Source of the DNA: a virus
Lineage: Duplodnaviria; Caudoviricetes
DNA length: 36,590 nt
Virus record (IMG/VR): IMGVR_UViG_3300026026_000165
Coordinates: 1-36,590 of that record
Reading direction: 5' to 3' (one strand)
Numbering within the stretch: position 1 is the stretch's first letter; the number at the start of each line of letters is the position of its first letter. Below are positions 19,068 to 27,609 of the stretch, piece by piece. A program made the position numbers and the translations under genes. The notes beneath the pieces were generated by a model. The model saw only the letters and a list, made by a program, of their open reading frames with translations, made no database searches and was not told the origin of the DNA.

Positions 19068-19318
19068 TTTAAAAATCCTCCTATTATTTTAATTAAATCT
19101 GGATGAATAATCAATAACAAAATTATAATAATCATTTCACCCATGGCGATTAAAAATATTATATCACGTTTTCTTGCAATTTTCCATCCGGCAGTTTTTA
19201 AATCACGAATTTCTTTTTGAATTTTATCAGTACAGATTTTTTCAGCGGCTTCCTGAATTTTATCTTGAAAATTATCTTTAAATTCTTGCCGGAATTTTTT
19301 AGATTTAAGTTGATTCAT
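19064..19318 (-). CDS. Small protein with C-terminal TM helix
   Basis: 84 aa; ATGA overlaps on both sides. Confidence 0.55.
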   Translation of the reverse strand: MNQLKSKKFRQEFKDNFQDKIQEAAEKICTDKIQKEIRDLKTAGWKIARKRDIIFLIAMGEMIIIILLLIIHPDLIKIIGGFLK

Positions 19319-19515
19319 ATTACCACACCTCCGAAAATTTTCTTTATATTATGAATGTTTTTCATCTGGATTGAATTACAATCTTTGATTTTTTCCATTT
19401 CATAATCATTATAATTTACATTATCCTGAAAAACAACTCTTCGATTTCCTTTATTATCAATTTTAACTTTGAAATTTAAACCAAGTTTCTCTGAAAAATA
19501 AGTTTTATCTGACAT
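19315..19515 (-). CDS. Hypothetical protein
   Basis: 66 aa; AAGGA RBS; IH.IKKIFGG C-terminus. Confidence 0.55.
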   Translation of the reverse strand: MSDKTYFSEKLGLNFKVKIDNKGNRRVVFQDNVNYNDYEMEKIKDCNSIQMKNIHNIKKIFGGVVI

Positions 19516-19539
19516 GTAAAAATATCCTTAAATAAATTA

Positions 19540-19563
19540 AGCGGATTTTTTTATAAATCCGCT
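19540..19563 (-). terminator. Hairpin/terminator after recT
   Basis: AGCGGATTT-6 nt-AAATCCGCT, followed on the - strand by TAATTTATTT. Confidence 0.6.
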
Positions 19564-19568
19564 GATCA

Positions 19569-20567
19569 TTAAAATAATGTTTTTTTAGTTTCTTTTTTTT
19601 CTTCCGGGTTTTTCTTTATTTCCGGTTCATGAAATTCAGGTTCTTTTTCTTCCTTTGTATCCCGATTCATTTCTTTATCATAATTTTCAATTGCGCTATC
19701 AATCATAATATCTGCAATTTCTGAATTAGATTTTTTGCCCATAGGAATTTCTTCATCATTATCAGAATAATACGCATTTGCCAGTTCTTCCTTTACATCT
19801 GCATAAGGCCTGCAAAACGCCTTTATTGCCGTTTTTTCTATCATCGGAATAGGATCATCAATCCATACGCAAGTAGGTTTATAATTCAATTTTTTTTGAT
19901 TATATTCCTCTATTTTTACAAGATAATCCTGATAAGTTTTTGAATGCGCATCCCGGATTTGATGAATATAAGTTATCGGATAAAATTCCGCTTCTTTTTT
20001 ATCATCAAGTTTTATTGCCTGAACCCAGCATCCAATCGGCAATCCCCTGTCTGCTTCGATAGAAATTGGATGATCAACTTCGCCAGTTGCTCGATTTATT
20101 TTGATATTGTTTTTTTCTTTTTCATAAACAACACCCCAGAGAAGATTTTTAAAAATCGGTTTTTCACCTCCGCATAATAAAGCATGATATCCCTGTCGTT
20201 TTATCTGGAAACTGGCCTCTTTTACCCATGTTTCAATACCTTTCCCGTCTTTGATTTTTCTCGAATATGGAACTGCATAACAATGTTGATTCAGCATCAA
20301 TCCAGTTTTCAGGCAATTATCAATCAGCATATAAATACTGACTTTACCCTGATAAGTTATAAAACAATCTTTGAGATTTTCATTTTTAACGATTTCTGAA
20401 ATTAATCGCATTAAAAATTGTTCCTGTTTATCAGGTGTAGTTTTTCGCAATTCATCACTTGCTCGCTTCATTAAACGATCTTTATAATCATTAATAAGCG
20501 CAGATAATGATTTTTCTGTCGGCTGTAAATTATCAATTGGTGATAAATTAGTTTTTTTGTCTGACAT
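19569..20567 (-). CDS. recT: RecT/Redbeta-like single-strand annealing protein
   Basis: GL......Y.VPY, FQI...GY and W......M..KTAIK motifs; acidic tail; near a YqaJ exonuclease. Confidence 0.8.
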   Translation of the reverse strand: MSDKKTNLSPIDNLQPTEKSLSALINDYKDRLMKRASDELRKTTPDKQEQFLMRLISEIVKNENLKDCFITYQGKVSIYMLIDNCLKTGLMLNQHCYAVPYSRKIKDGKGIETWVKEASFQIKRQGYHALLCGGEKPIFKNLLWGVVYEKEKNNIKINRATGEVDHPISIEADRGLPIGCWVQAIKLDDKKEAEFYPITYIHQIRDAHSKTYQDYLVKIEEYNQKKLNYKPTCVWIDDPIPMIEKTAIKAFCRPYADVKEELANAYYSDNDEEIPMGKKSNSEIADIMIDSAIENYDKEMNRDTKEEKEPEFHEPEIKKNPEEKKETKKTLF

Positions 20568-20863
20568 TAGTTACTCCTTAAAAAATTTTTATAATAATTT
20601 TTGTTATTAATATAATTATTACAGTTTATTAAAATATCAATCATATCTGAATTATAAATTAATCCTCTATTATTATAATCCATATTTATGATTTTCATTT
20701 GAGAGTTATTGGCTATTTTTAAAAAACAAGCAACAATATATCTATTTTCAATTGTCGATAATTGATTGCTATTTGGTATTATTTCTAAAATTTTTTTAAC
20801 TTTCTCTTGCATATAATCATAATGCTTTTTGATAAAATAAAATTTAAATATTCGCCAAAACAT
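20567..20863 (-). CDS. Hypothetical protein
   Basis: 98 aa; AAGGAG RBS; stop overlaps the recT start. Confidence 0.5.
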   Translation of the reverse strand: MFWRIFKFYFIKKHYDYMQEKVKKILEIIPNSNQLSTIENRYIVACFLKIANNSQMKIINMDYNNRGLIYNSDMIDILINCNNYINNKNYYKNFLRSN

Positions 20864-20867
20864 ATAA

Positions 20868-21035
20868 TTACTCCTTTTTCTCTTTTATAATAACATTATT
20901 GGTAACAAATCCTTGATCGATTACAATTGCACTGCAGAAATAACAATTATATTTTTTCATAATTTCATTTACTTCATTTGCACATTGCTGTGAATTGCTT
21001 TTTTCAGGTGTTTCAATAATTATTTCATTTTCCAT
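20868..21035 (-). CDS. Small hypothetical protein (55 aa, MENEIIIETPE...), not in ORF track
   Basis: Manual translation; fills the gap in the operon. Confidence 0.5.
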   Translation of the reverse strand: MENEIIIETPEKSNSQQCANEVNEIMKKYNCYFCSAIVIDQGFVTNNVIIKEKKE

Positions 21036-21195
21036 AAATTCCCGCCTGTTTTAAATCTAAATCCGAGCATTCAATTAAGAAAAAAAACTTTTTTCTTAAA
21101 CTTCTGGGCGCTCGTTCCTTTCCATCAAATAATCTTCTTTTTCCTATTGGATAACTGGCAGATTTACTTTTACCCGAATTACTATTTTTTTCCAT
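21025..21195 (-). CDS. Small hypothetical protein (56 aa, MEKNSNSGK...), not in ORF track
   Basis: Manual translation; AAGGGG RBS; overlaps both neighbours. Confidence 0.4.
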   Translation of the reverse strand: MEKNSNSGKSKSASYPIGKRRLFDGKERAPRSLRKKFFFLIECSDLDLKQAGIYGK

Positions 21196-21367
21196 ATAAA
21201 ATCCCCTTCAAAATTTTTGGATTGATAAATTTCTGAATTAAATTAGTTTTTGCACCAATTGATTCAGTTTTCTTGATTTCTTCCTGAATCCGGGCAGCTG
21301 CATAATTTTTATCTTTCCTTTCTTCAAGATAATCAAGAACTAATTTAACTTGCTTTTCATCGAACAT
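21182..21367 (-). CDS. Hypothetical protein
   Basis: 61 aa; AAGGAG RBS inside the end of the YqaJ gene. Confidence 0.5.
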   Translation of the reverse strand: MFDEKQVKLVLDYLEERKDKNYAAARIQEEIKKTESIGAKTNLIQKFINPKILKGILYGKK

Positions 21368-22391
21368 ATCTAATCTCCTTTTTCTCTATAATTCCTTTTT
21401 CTTTAAGTGTCAAATATAACTGGTTGTCGATTTTTTCGATCTCTTTAGCACTTTTTATATATTCACTTTCAAAAAAAACTTGACTGCAAATTTTTTCATT
21501 ATTTTCATCATACAAATATTTATTCGAGCCGATCAAAACAAATAATGCATCATTTATATCATCAATTTCAGATTTAATTTTTTTCTCTTTTTCTGATAAA
21601 AATTTCTTGCGTTCTTTCATTTTAATTGCAAATTCTGATTCCGAGCCGACAAGATATGCCGTTTTTTCATGCACTTCCGGGAATAATTTTTCAATATCAT
21701 ATTTATTTATCGGCATCGGTGGTTTATCTTTTTCCATGCAATATTTAAATCGGCTTGCCATTTCAAGAAGTTTTTCCTGAATTTTTATATTCGATTCGAT
21801 ATTAAAAATCATTAAATCAGATGTATCAATCAATGCCCGGAGTTGTGAGTTTTTCATTCCTGCACACATCATCTGCCATTGTAATTGAACATAATATTTT
21901 AATGGTATGCCTTGCGGATCATCGGGATCAAATCCATCCATATCTCCTCGTTTCATATTTGCAAATCGCCTACCGGATTTCGCTTCGATATTGACATTAT
22001 TTTTTAAATCAATTAAATCTGGATGTGCAATTGCCCATTTTACATCTGGATGAATAAATTCTGTATAAGGGTAAAATAATGTTGCCGGAATATAGTCATC
22101 ACCCCTGCTATATTTATTCCGTAAAAAATCAAGTTCAAATACCCATGCAATATCAGAATTTTCAGTATCTTCAACATAAGAAGAAAGAATATTGACTTCG
22201 TGCTTATGCCCCCATGATGTATAATTATTACCTCGCCAGGGCTCGACTTTTCCAGTTTTTTCTTGCCAGAGTTCAAAAGGCGTCTTAAATGTTGAAATTC
22301 CGAGGATTATTGGAATGTCACTAGCTCCGATTGTATTCGATCTGATTTTCTGAAAATATTCATCGTCCGGGATAAATTTAAATTTGTTCAT
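21357..22391 (-). CDS. YqaJ-like (lambda exo family) exonuclease
   Basis: IGASD...ILG...FKTP.ELW.EKTG, WG...E, A.PD, IEAK and Y.VQ.QWQM motifs; likely start 22391 after AAAGGA. Confidence 0.9.
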   Translation of the reverse strand: MNKFKFIPDDEYFQKIRSNTIGASDIPIILGISTFKTPFELWQEKTGKVEPWRGNNYTSWGHKHEVNILSSYVEDTENSDIAWVFELDFLRNKYSRGDDYIPATLFYPYTEFIHPDVKWAIAHPDLIDLKNNVNIEAKSGRRFANMKRGDMDGFDPDDPQGIPLKYYVQLQWQMMCAGMKNSQLRALIDTSDLMIFNIESNIKIQEKLLEMASRFKYCMEKDKPPMPINKYDIEKLFPEVHEKTAYLVGSESEFAIKMKERKKFLSEKEKKIKSEIDDINDALFVLIGSNKYLYDENNEKICSQVFFESEYIKSAKEIEKIDNQLYLTLKEKGIIEKKEIRYVR

Positions 22392-22575
22392 TTGGTATCC
22401 TTTCAAAAGTTATATCACAATTTTTACAATAATATTCATTTTCACGAAAGCCATAATAAAATAATATATCCCTACAATTCGGACAACAAAAACTATTCAA
22501 AAATACTTCTGATTGTTTTGACCATATTTCGATAACTTCTTTTCTTGTTAATAATTTCGATTTTTTAATTTCCAT
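22378..22575 (-). CDS. Small zinc-finger protein
   Basis: CPNC...YYCKNC in 65 aa. Confidence 0.55.
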   Translation of the reverse strand: MEIKKSKLLTRKEVIEIWSKQSEVFLNSFCCPNCRDILFYYGFRENEYYCKNCDITFERIPNEQI

Positions 22576-24034
22576 AATTTATCATCCTCCATGCCTCTTC
22601 AGTCCATTTTTTATTTTTACCATAAGCCATAGCCAGCATTTCGAGCCGTTCCCTACAATCAGATTCATGTGCTGCCGATATATTTTTAATCCGCTCGATT
22701 ATTTCTGTATCAATATCATTTTCCGAATATGTTAATAATTCCGCTTTATCTATCGCTTCTCGTCCAGTGGGTAATTCCGGAGGTTTAATTTCGATTAGCG
22801 GTTCATTTATAACTTTTATATTTAATTTTTTATCGGGCATAACTCGGCTTAAATCCTCGCCGCATCCGATACAAATTTTATTAGTTTTAATATTCCAATT
22901 TCCACAATAAGGACATTGCCGCATTAAAATATCATCTTTATTTTTTGTTTTCATCGATCCGTCAAGACTCCAGTTCCTGATTTCTTGTGGGTGTCCATGA
23001 TAAAAAATATTTCCAGATTGGTCAATAATTATTGCCTGTTTTTTCCCTGGAGCAAGCCTTAAACTTCTTCCTACCCACTGCAAGAAATTTATCAAACTAC
23101 AAGTTAATCTTCTTATTATAACACCTGCTAAAATAGGAATATCCACCCCCTCACCCAATATATCATAATTACAAATTGCATTCATTGTGCCGGTACTTAA
23201 TCCGTCAAGATATTTTTTTCTTAATTCAATATCAAGTTTTTCATGAACTGCTTCACATTTCCAGCCGGATCCTCTCATTGTGCTTGCCATGAGTTCACAA
23301 TCAGCAACGGAGCAACAAAAAATAATACACGGTGAGCCGTTAAAATATTTCTTATAACAATCAATTGTATCCTGAACTATCGCTTTTTGACTGGAAAAAA
23401 TAGTTAATTCATTTTCATCATATTCATTGCCTTTTCTCTTGAATTTCTTATTCCGGAATTCAACAGTAGTATGAGATGATAAAATAATCATTGGCGTTAA
23501 ATATCCAGCTTGAATAAGATCCGCCGTTTGTGCTCCATGAACCATTGCCGTATATCCGGCTTGATTTAATCCGGCTCCGTCGGTCCGGGAAGGAGTAGCC
23601 GTAAAACCTATTACTTTAGTTTCAGCATTATAATTCAAAATAGCGTTATTTGTTGATGCTACACCATGATGCGCTTCGTCGTGCATAATCATATCTGCCC
23701 AGACTGGTTTTAAATATTTCATTTTTCGATATAAAGTCTGAATCATTGCTACTTGAATTTTATTTGATGTCATTCGTTGGCCCGGAATAATTTGTCCGGG
23801 GTAAATATCCTGTTTTATAAGATGTTGAACTAACTGCTTAAGAATTTCATATCTATGCGTTAATAACCAGCCTTTATTACCATTTTGAAATATTTGTTTC
23901 ATAATATTTGCTTCGATTACAGATTTCCCGCCGCCCGTTGCCAAAACAATACAAATCATTCTATGTCCTGCTTGAAATAATTCCCGGCATTGATTTATAA
24001 TATTTTGTTGATATGGTCGAAGCGTTATATTCAT
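22565..24034 (-). CDS. SF2 (DEAH) helicase with C-terminal zinc finger
   Basis: LRPYQ, TGGGKS, DEAHH, TATP, EGVDIP, QWVGR.LR and CPYC...CIGC. Confidence 0.92.
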   Translation of the reverse strand: MNITLRPYQQNIINQCRELFQAGHRMICIVLATGGGKSVIEANIMKQIFQNGNKGWLLTHRYEILKQLVQHLIKQDIYPGQIIPGQRMTSNKIQVAMIQTLYRKMKYLKPVWADMIMHDEAHHGVASTNNAILNYNAETKVIGFTATPSRTDGAGLNQAGYTAMVHGAQTADLIQAGYLTPMIILSSHTTVEFRNKKFKRKGNEYDENELTIFSSQKAIVQDTIDCYKKYFNGSPCIIFCCSVADCELMASTMRGSGWKCEAVHEKLDIELRKKYLDGLSTGTMNAICNYDILGEGVDIPILAGVIIRRLTCSLINFLQWVGRSLRLAPGKKQAIIIDQSGNIFYHGHPQEIRNWSLDGSMKTKNKDDILMRQCPYCGNWNIKTNKICIGCGEDLSRVMPDKKLNIKVINEPLIEIKPPELPTGREAIDKAELLTYSENDIDTEIIERIKNISAAHESDCRERLEMLAMAYGKNKKWTEEAWRMINYGN

Positions 24035-24456
24035 TTTTTACCGTTCTTTTCGTCAATAATCGACTGCATAAATTTTATGATTTCTTCTTTTTCTCTCAAT
24101 GATTCTTCAAGCAAAAGAATTTTAGGAAGAAGATATTTAAAAGCATCTTTCCATTTCCATCGAACATGAACACCAAATTCTATATGACTAGTAATTTCAT
24201 CTGATAATTTATCTTTTTGTGTAGTTTCTGGGTATTTTGATAATATTTGAATTAACTCATCAGGAGTATAAATTTTTGTTTCAATTTGTTTTTCATCTTT
24301 TTCATTGATATAATCGATAATTTCATTGATTTTATTTTCAAGATTTTTCAATATAATATCTGATAAATCTCTCATATCATTAAGATTTACAGAATTTTTT
24401 AGTTTATCTTTAATTACTTTGTCAAGATCAAATTTTTCAATCATTTTATACTCCAT
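24031..24456 (-). CDS. Hypothetical protein
   Basis: 141 aa helical protein; overlaps both neighbours. Confidence 0.5.
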   Translation of the reverse strand: MEYKMIEKFDLDKVIKDKLKNSVNLNDMRDLSDIILKNLENKINEIIDYINEKDEKQIETKIYTPDELIQILSKYPETTQKDKLSDEITSHIEFGVHVRWKWKDAFKYLLPKILLLEESLREKEEIIKFMQSIIDEKNGKK

Positions 24457-25187
24457 TTTTCAAGATTTTCCGGAAGTAAATCCTCAATTTGATATGCTTT
24501 AATTAATTCCACATCTAATTTATCACTTTTATATAAGTTTTCTTTTGCTGGAATAAGCCTCAAATTCCGATAATTAAAACATTTTAACTGATTTTCTTTA
24601 ATGGTCAAATCATATAAAGAGCATGGTATAATATGATCAATATGATATTTTTTCGAATCGTAATAATTTGCAATTCCTAACCAGTTTTTTAATTCAGAAA
24701 TTGAACACCCTAAAAGTTCAATCGTACTTTTTGACTTGTTTAACAATAATAAAATTTTTCTAATTCTACTGTCGATTAATTTTCTTATCCTGTATTGTAT
24801 ATTGTTTTTTCTTTTTAAAACAATATTTTCTTTATTTTTCATATAATATTTAATTTTATATTTTTTTATTTTTTCTTTATTTTTATTTTGCCATTTTTTG
24901 ACATTATCAATGATTTTATCTTTATTTATTTTTGAGTAAATGTTATTTCTTATATTAATTTTTATTTTATTATCAATGTTGTTTTTGTAAGATTCTTTTC
25001 TTTTGTTGTTTATTTTTTCTTTATTTAAATTTGTATAATTATTAACATTTACAAGTATTTTACATCTATTGATTAAATAATATTTTTTTGACCATTCTGA
25101 TTTGCATTTTTTACAAATGTTTTTTTTATCATAAAAATCAGATAGCGGTTTATATAAATTACATTTATTGCAAATTTTAGTATTCAT
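24441..25187 (-). CDS. Free-standing HNH-type endonuclease, copy 2
   Basis: CNKC...CKKC; IDHIIPCSLYDL...CFNYRNL......EN..K.DK. Confidence 0.8.
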   Translation of the reverse strand: MNTKICNKCNLYKPLSDFYDKKNICKKCKSEWSKKYYLINRCKILVNVNNYTNLNKEKINNKRKESYKNNIDNKIKINIRNNIYSKINKDKIIDNVKKWQNKNKEKIKKYKIKYYMKNKENIVLKRKNNIQYRIRKLIDSRIRKILLLLNKSKSTIELLGCSISELKNWLGIANYYDSKKYHIDHIIPCSLYDLTIKENQLKCFNYRNLRLIPAKENLYKSDKLDVELIKAYQIEDLLPENLEKWSIK

Positions 25188-25509
25188 TTATTTCAAATTC
25201 TCCGTTTTTTAACTCATTAATAATATAATATTTTCCATAAATTGATTTGATTAATTTTGCAAATTGTTTTTGCTTTATTGATAATTTATCATTAATAGTT
25301 TTTATTTCTATAAAATCTACTCTTAATGTTTTAGTTTTATGATCTGGAATAAATGCTAAATAATCAGGCGATCCAGAATTAGGAATTCCAAATTTTACAA
25401 TCTGTTTTCCTCTTTTTGCAATGCCGGCATTATTACGATAAATTCTTGCTTCTGGATATTCGGATTGGAACCATTTTAAAAACTTTTGTGATAGATCATT
25501 TGCCGTCAT
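25177..25509 (-). CDS. VRR-NUC domain nuclease
   Basis: RNNAG, GSPD and FIEIK....LS..Q..F motifs. Confidence 0.85.
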   Translation of the reverse strand: MTANDLSQKFLKWFQSEYPEARIYRNNAGIAKRGKQIVKFGIPNSGSPDYLAFIPDHKTKTLRVDFIEIKTINDKLSIKQKQFAKLIKSIYGKYYIINELKNGEFEINEY

Positions 25510-25748
25510 ATAAAAATCCTTTTTAATATATTTTCATTTCTGGAAATTATGTTTTTTAAACTATCTAAAAAACTCTGATAATTTTTATTTTCCAAAAGAT
25601 ATATGCTGGATTCTTTTATTATTTTTCGTTGTTGTCTTAAGTCTTTTATGAATTGCAATAAAAGTAATTCATCTTTATTTATATTTTCAAATATTTCTTC
25701 GTCATCTTCTTTTTGTTCAAGTTTAATATAAATATCTAAATTTATCAT
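25506..25748 (-). CDS. Hypothetical protein
   Basis: 80 aa; ATGA overlaps. Confidence 0.5.
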   Translation of the reverse strand: MINLDIYIKLEQKEDDEEIFENINKDELLLLQFIKDLRQQRKIIKESSIYLLENKNYQSFLDSLKNIISRNENILKRIFI

Positions 25749-26212
25749 ATAATTTCACTCCATTTCTTGCCAGTTGCTTTTTCGATAAGAAGTATTTTTT
25801 TTATAAATCTTGTTAATGGTGTATTTATATTTACCGGTTGATTTTTTAAAAACTCAAAATCTTCTTCAGACATTTTATTTCCATAAGCAAGACAATCTTC
25901 AATCAAAGCATTCAGCATTTCAGGTGCGCATGAAATTAATCGAGCATTAGATTCACTATCAACCTGACATATTGAAAAATCTTTTGATTTTATTCTATAA
26001 AATGCCCAAAAATTATCATCATTGCAATCAATGTCATTATCATATTCATATTCCCATTTACCTTCAGTAAAATCGAATTTGTTATTCATTTTATCCTCAT
26101 TTTCTTTTATATAATTTAACACATTTTCAGGAGTTTTATAAATTTTATCATCATAAAAAATAATATTTTTATTATAAATTTCATCATTTGGAATAAAATC
26201 TTTATTTAACAT
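25745..26212 (-). CDS. Hypothetical phage protein (T.G.W...NARLI..APEM..AL family)
   Basis: Common phage motif; AAGGAG RBS at the 26212 start and a second in-frame start with GAGGA at 26089. Confidence 0.6.
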   Translation of the reverse strand: MLNKDFIPNDEIYNKNIIFYDDKIYKTPENVLNYIKENEDKMNNKFDFTEGKWEYEYDNDIDCNDDNFWAFYRIKSKDFSICQVDSESNARLISCAPEMLNALIEDCLAYGNKMSEEDFEFLKNQPVNINTPLTRFIKKILLIEKATGKKWSEII

Positions 26213-26225
26213 AAAATTTACTCCT

Positions 26226-26321
26226 TTAAAAATCTATCACTGGCATTTCAACTGTTTTTTCTGGATTTTGGCTACATGACCAGAAAATAATAAAAAATAA
26301 AAATAAAAATAATTTCTTCAT
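26226..26321 (-). CDS. Putative small lipoprotein (31 aa), not in ORF track
   Basis: MKKLFLFLFFIIFWS-CSQNPEKTVEMPVIDF; GGAGG RBS; extended -10 upstream. Confidence 0.6.
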   Translation of the reverse strand: MKKLFLFLFFIIFWSCSQNPEKTVEMPVIDF

Positions 26322-26355
26322 AATAAACCTCCGTTTAATGAATTATCTACTTTAA

Positions 26356-26407
26356 ATTATAACACAAATAGCAACGAAATAAAAATAATTTACAAATAAT
26401 TTACAAT
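26356..26407 (-). promoter_or_regulatory. Leftward promoter region with 20-bp repeated element
   Basis: Extended -10 TGTTATAAT (26356-64, - strand); ATTTACAAATAATTTACAAT at 26388-26407. Confidence 0.55.
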
Positions 26408-26413
26408 ATTTAT

Positions 26414-26659
26414 TTATCTCTTTTTATTTCCTGATTCCAGTAAATATCGCTCATAATTCAATAATCTTAATCGAGTGTCAGTAATTTGACATTCGTTTGA
26501 AACTGTTTGCATATAAAGAAGATCATATTTCTGCTTAAGGTCTTCATTTGATTGTTTCAACGCATCATCTGTTTTATTCAACATTATGAAATTTAATGAA
26601 ATATAAACTAATAATGCAACGATGATAAAAATACTGAAAAAATCTCTTTTTGTGAACAT
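26414..26659 (-). CDS. Membrane-anchored coiled-coil protein
   Basis: Likely start 26659 (MFTKRDFF) after GGAGG; N-terminal TM helix, then coiled coil. Confidence 0.6.
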   Translation of the reverse strand: MFTKRDFFSIFIIVALLVYISLNFIMLNKTDDALKQSNEDLKQKYDLLYMQTVSNECQITDTRLRLLNYERYLLESGNKKR

Positions 26660-26664
26660 ATTTT

Positions 26665-26796
26665 TTACCTCCAAAAAATAGAAATTATTATAATAATAAA
26701 ATAAAATATTCCAATTATACACACCCCCGCAATGAAAAACGGCATTAATATAATAATTAACAAAAATTGGAATAAATTAAATATCATTTTTTGCAT
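26665..26796 (-). CDS. Very hydrophobic 43-aa membrane protein, not in ORF track
   Basis: MQKMIFNLFQFLLIIILMPFFIAGVCIIGIFYFIIIIISIFWR; GAAGGA RBS; fills the gap. Confidence 0.45.
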   Translation of the reverse strand: MQKMIFNLFQFLLIIILMPFFIAGVCIIGIFYFIIIIISIFWR

Positions 26797-26808
26797 TTTT
26801 TTTCCTTC

Positions 26809-27609
26809 TTATTTAAATAACATATTTTCATTATCTGGAATATAATATTTACCTTCATTATCTTTTATAAGTTTTTCATTTTTAATAAATTTCAAAGCAT
26901 CTCTATAAAAATCTTTTTTGATTTCAAATCCGTATGCTTTTCTTCCTAATTGTATTGCGGCGACTAAAGAAGATCCGCTTCCAGCGACTGGATCAATAAC
27001 TACATCGCCCTCATCTGTAAAAACTTCTATAATTCTTTTTAATAATTTTACAGGTTTTTGTGTCGGATGAATTTTATCAGTTTCAGAATCTCTTTCCCAA
27101 TCCATACAGTTGAAAATCATTTTGCCATTATTTCTAAATTTTGGCAATTTATCACGATACAATAAAACCGCATATTCACAGTTACCAACTATCCGCATAT
27201 TTGCTTTTAATACTTGTGCGGAAAAGTTTTTCCTAAAGACAAGATTTATATAATTGTTAAATCCATATTCTTTAGCTTTTTTTATTAATTCAAATTGAGC
27301 TTCAAATTCACAGAAAACAATCATGCAGCCGGCTTCTTTTGTCCCTTTTGGTTCGGGCTTTACAAGTTTATTGCAAAAATGTAAAAACTCTGAAATTCTA
27401 AAATCTTTATCGGTGTCAAAGAATTCAGTTCCGGCTAATTTGCTTTCACCATTTTTATTATCGCCATCAATATACCAAGAAGGATTAGAACCATAAGCAT
27501 AATTACCCAAATTGTATGGAATATCAGCAATTACTAATTGTGCTTTTGGAATATTATATCTTTTATAATTTTGAAAATGATCGTTAAATAATATATCTTC
27601 ATTCATCAT
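26809..27609 (-). CDS. DNA amino-methyltransferase (N6-A/N4-C, beta class)
   Basis: ADIPY (DPPY-like), HPTQKPV, DPVAGSGS and YGFEI in beta-class order. Confidence 0.9.
   Translation of the reverse strand: MMNEDILFNDHFQNYKRYNIPKAQLVIADIPYNLGNYAYGSNPSWYIDGDNKNGESKLAGTEFFDTDKDFRISEFLHFCNKLVKPEPKGTKEAGCMIVFCEFEAQFELIKKAKEYGFNNYINLVFRKNFSAQVLKANMRIVGNCEYAVLLYRDKLPKFRNNGKMIFNCMDWERDSETDKIHPTQKPVKLLKRIIEVFTDEGDVVIDPVAGSGSSLVAAIQLGRKAYGFEIKKDFYRDALKFIKNEKLIKDNEGKYYIPDNENMLFK

Noticed and set aside
21075-21099. Inverted repeat TTAAGAAAAAA-aac-TTTTTTCTTAA
   Set aside because: Almost all A/T and inside a probable ORF; likely a chance match in low-complexity sequence.
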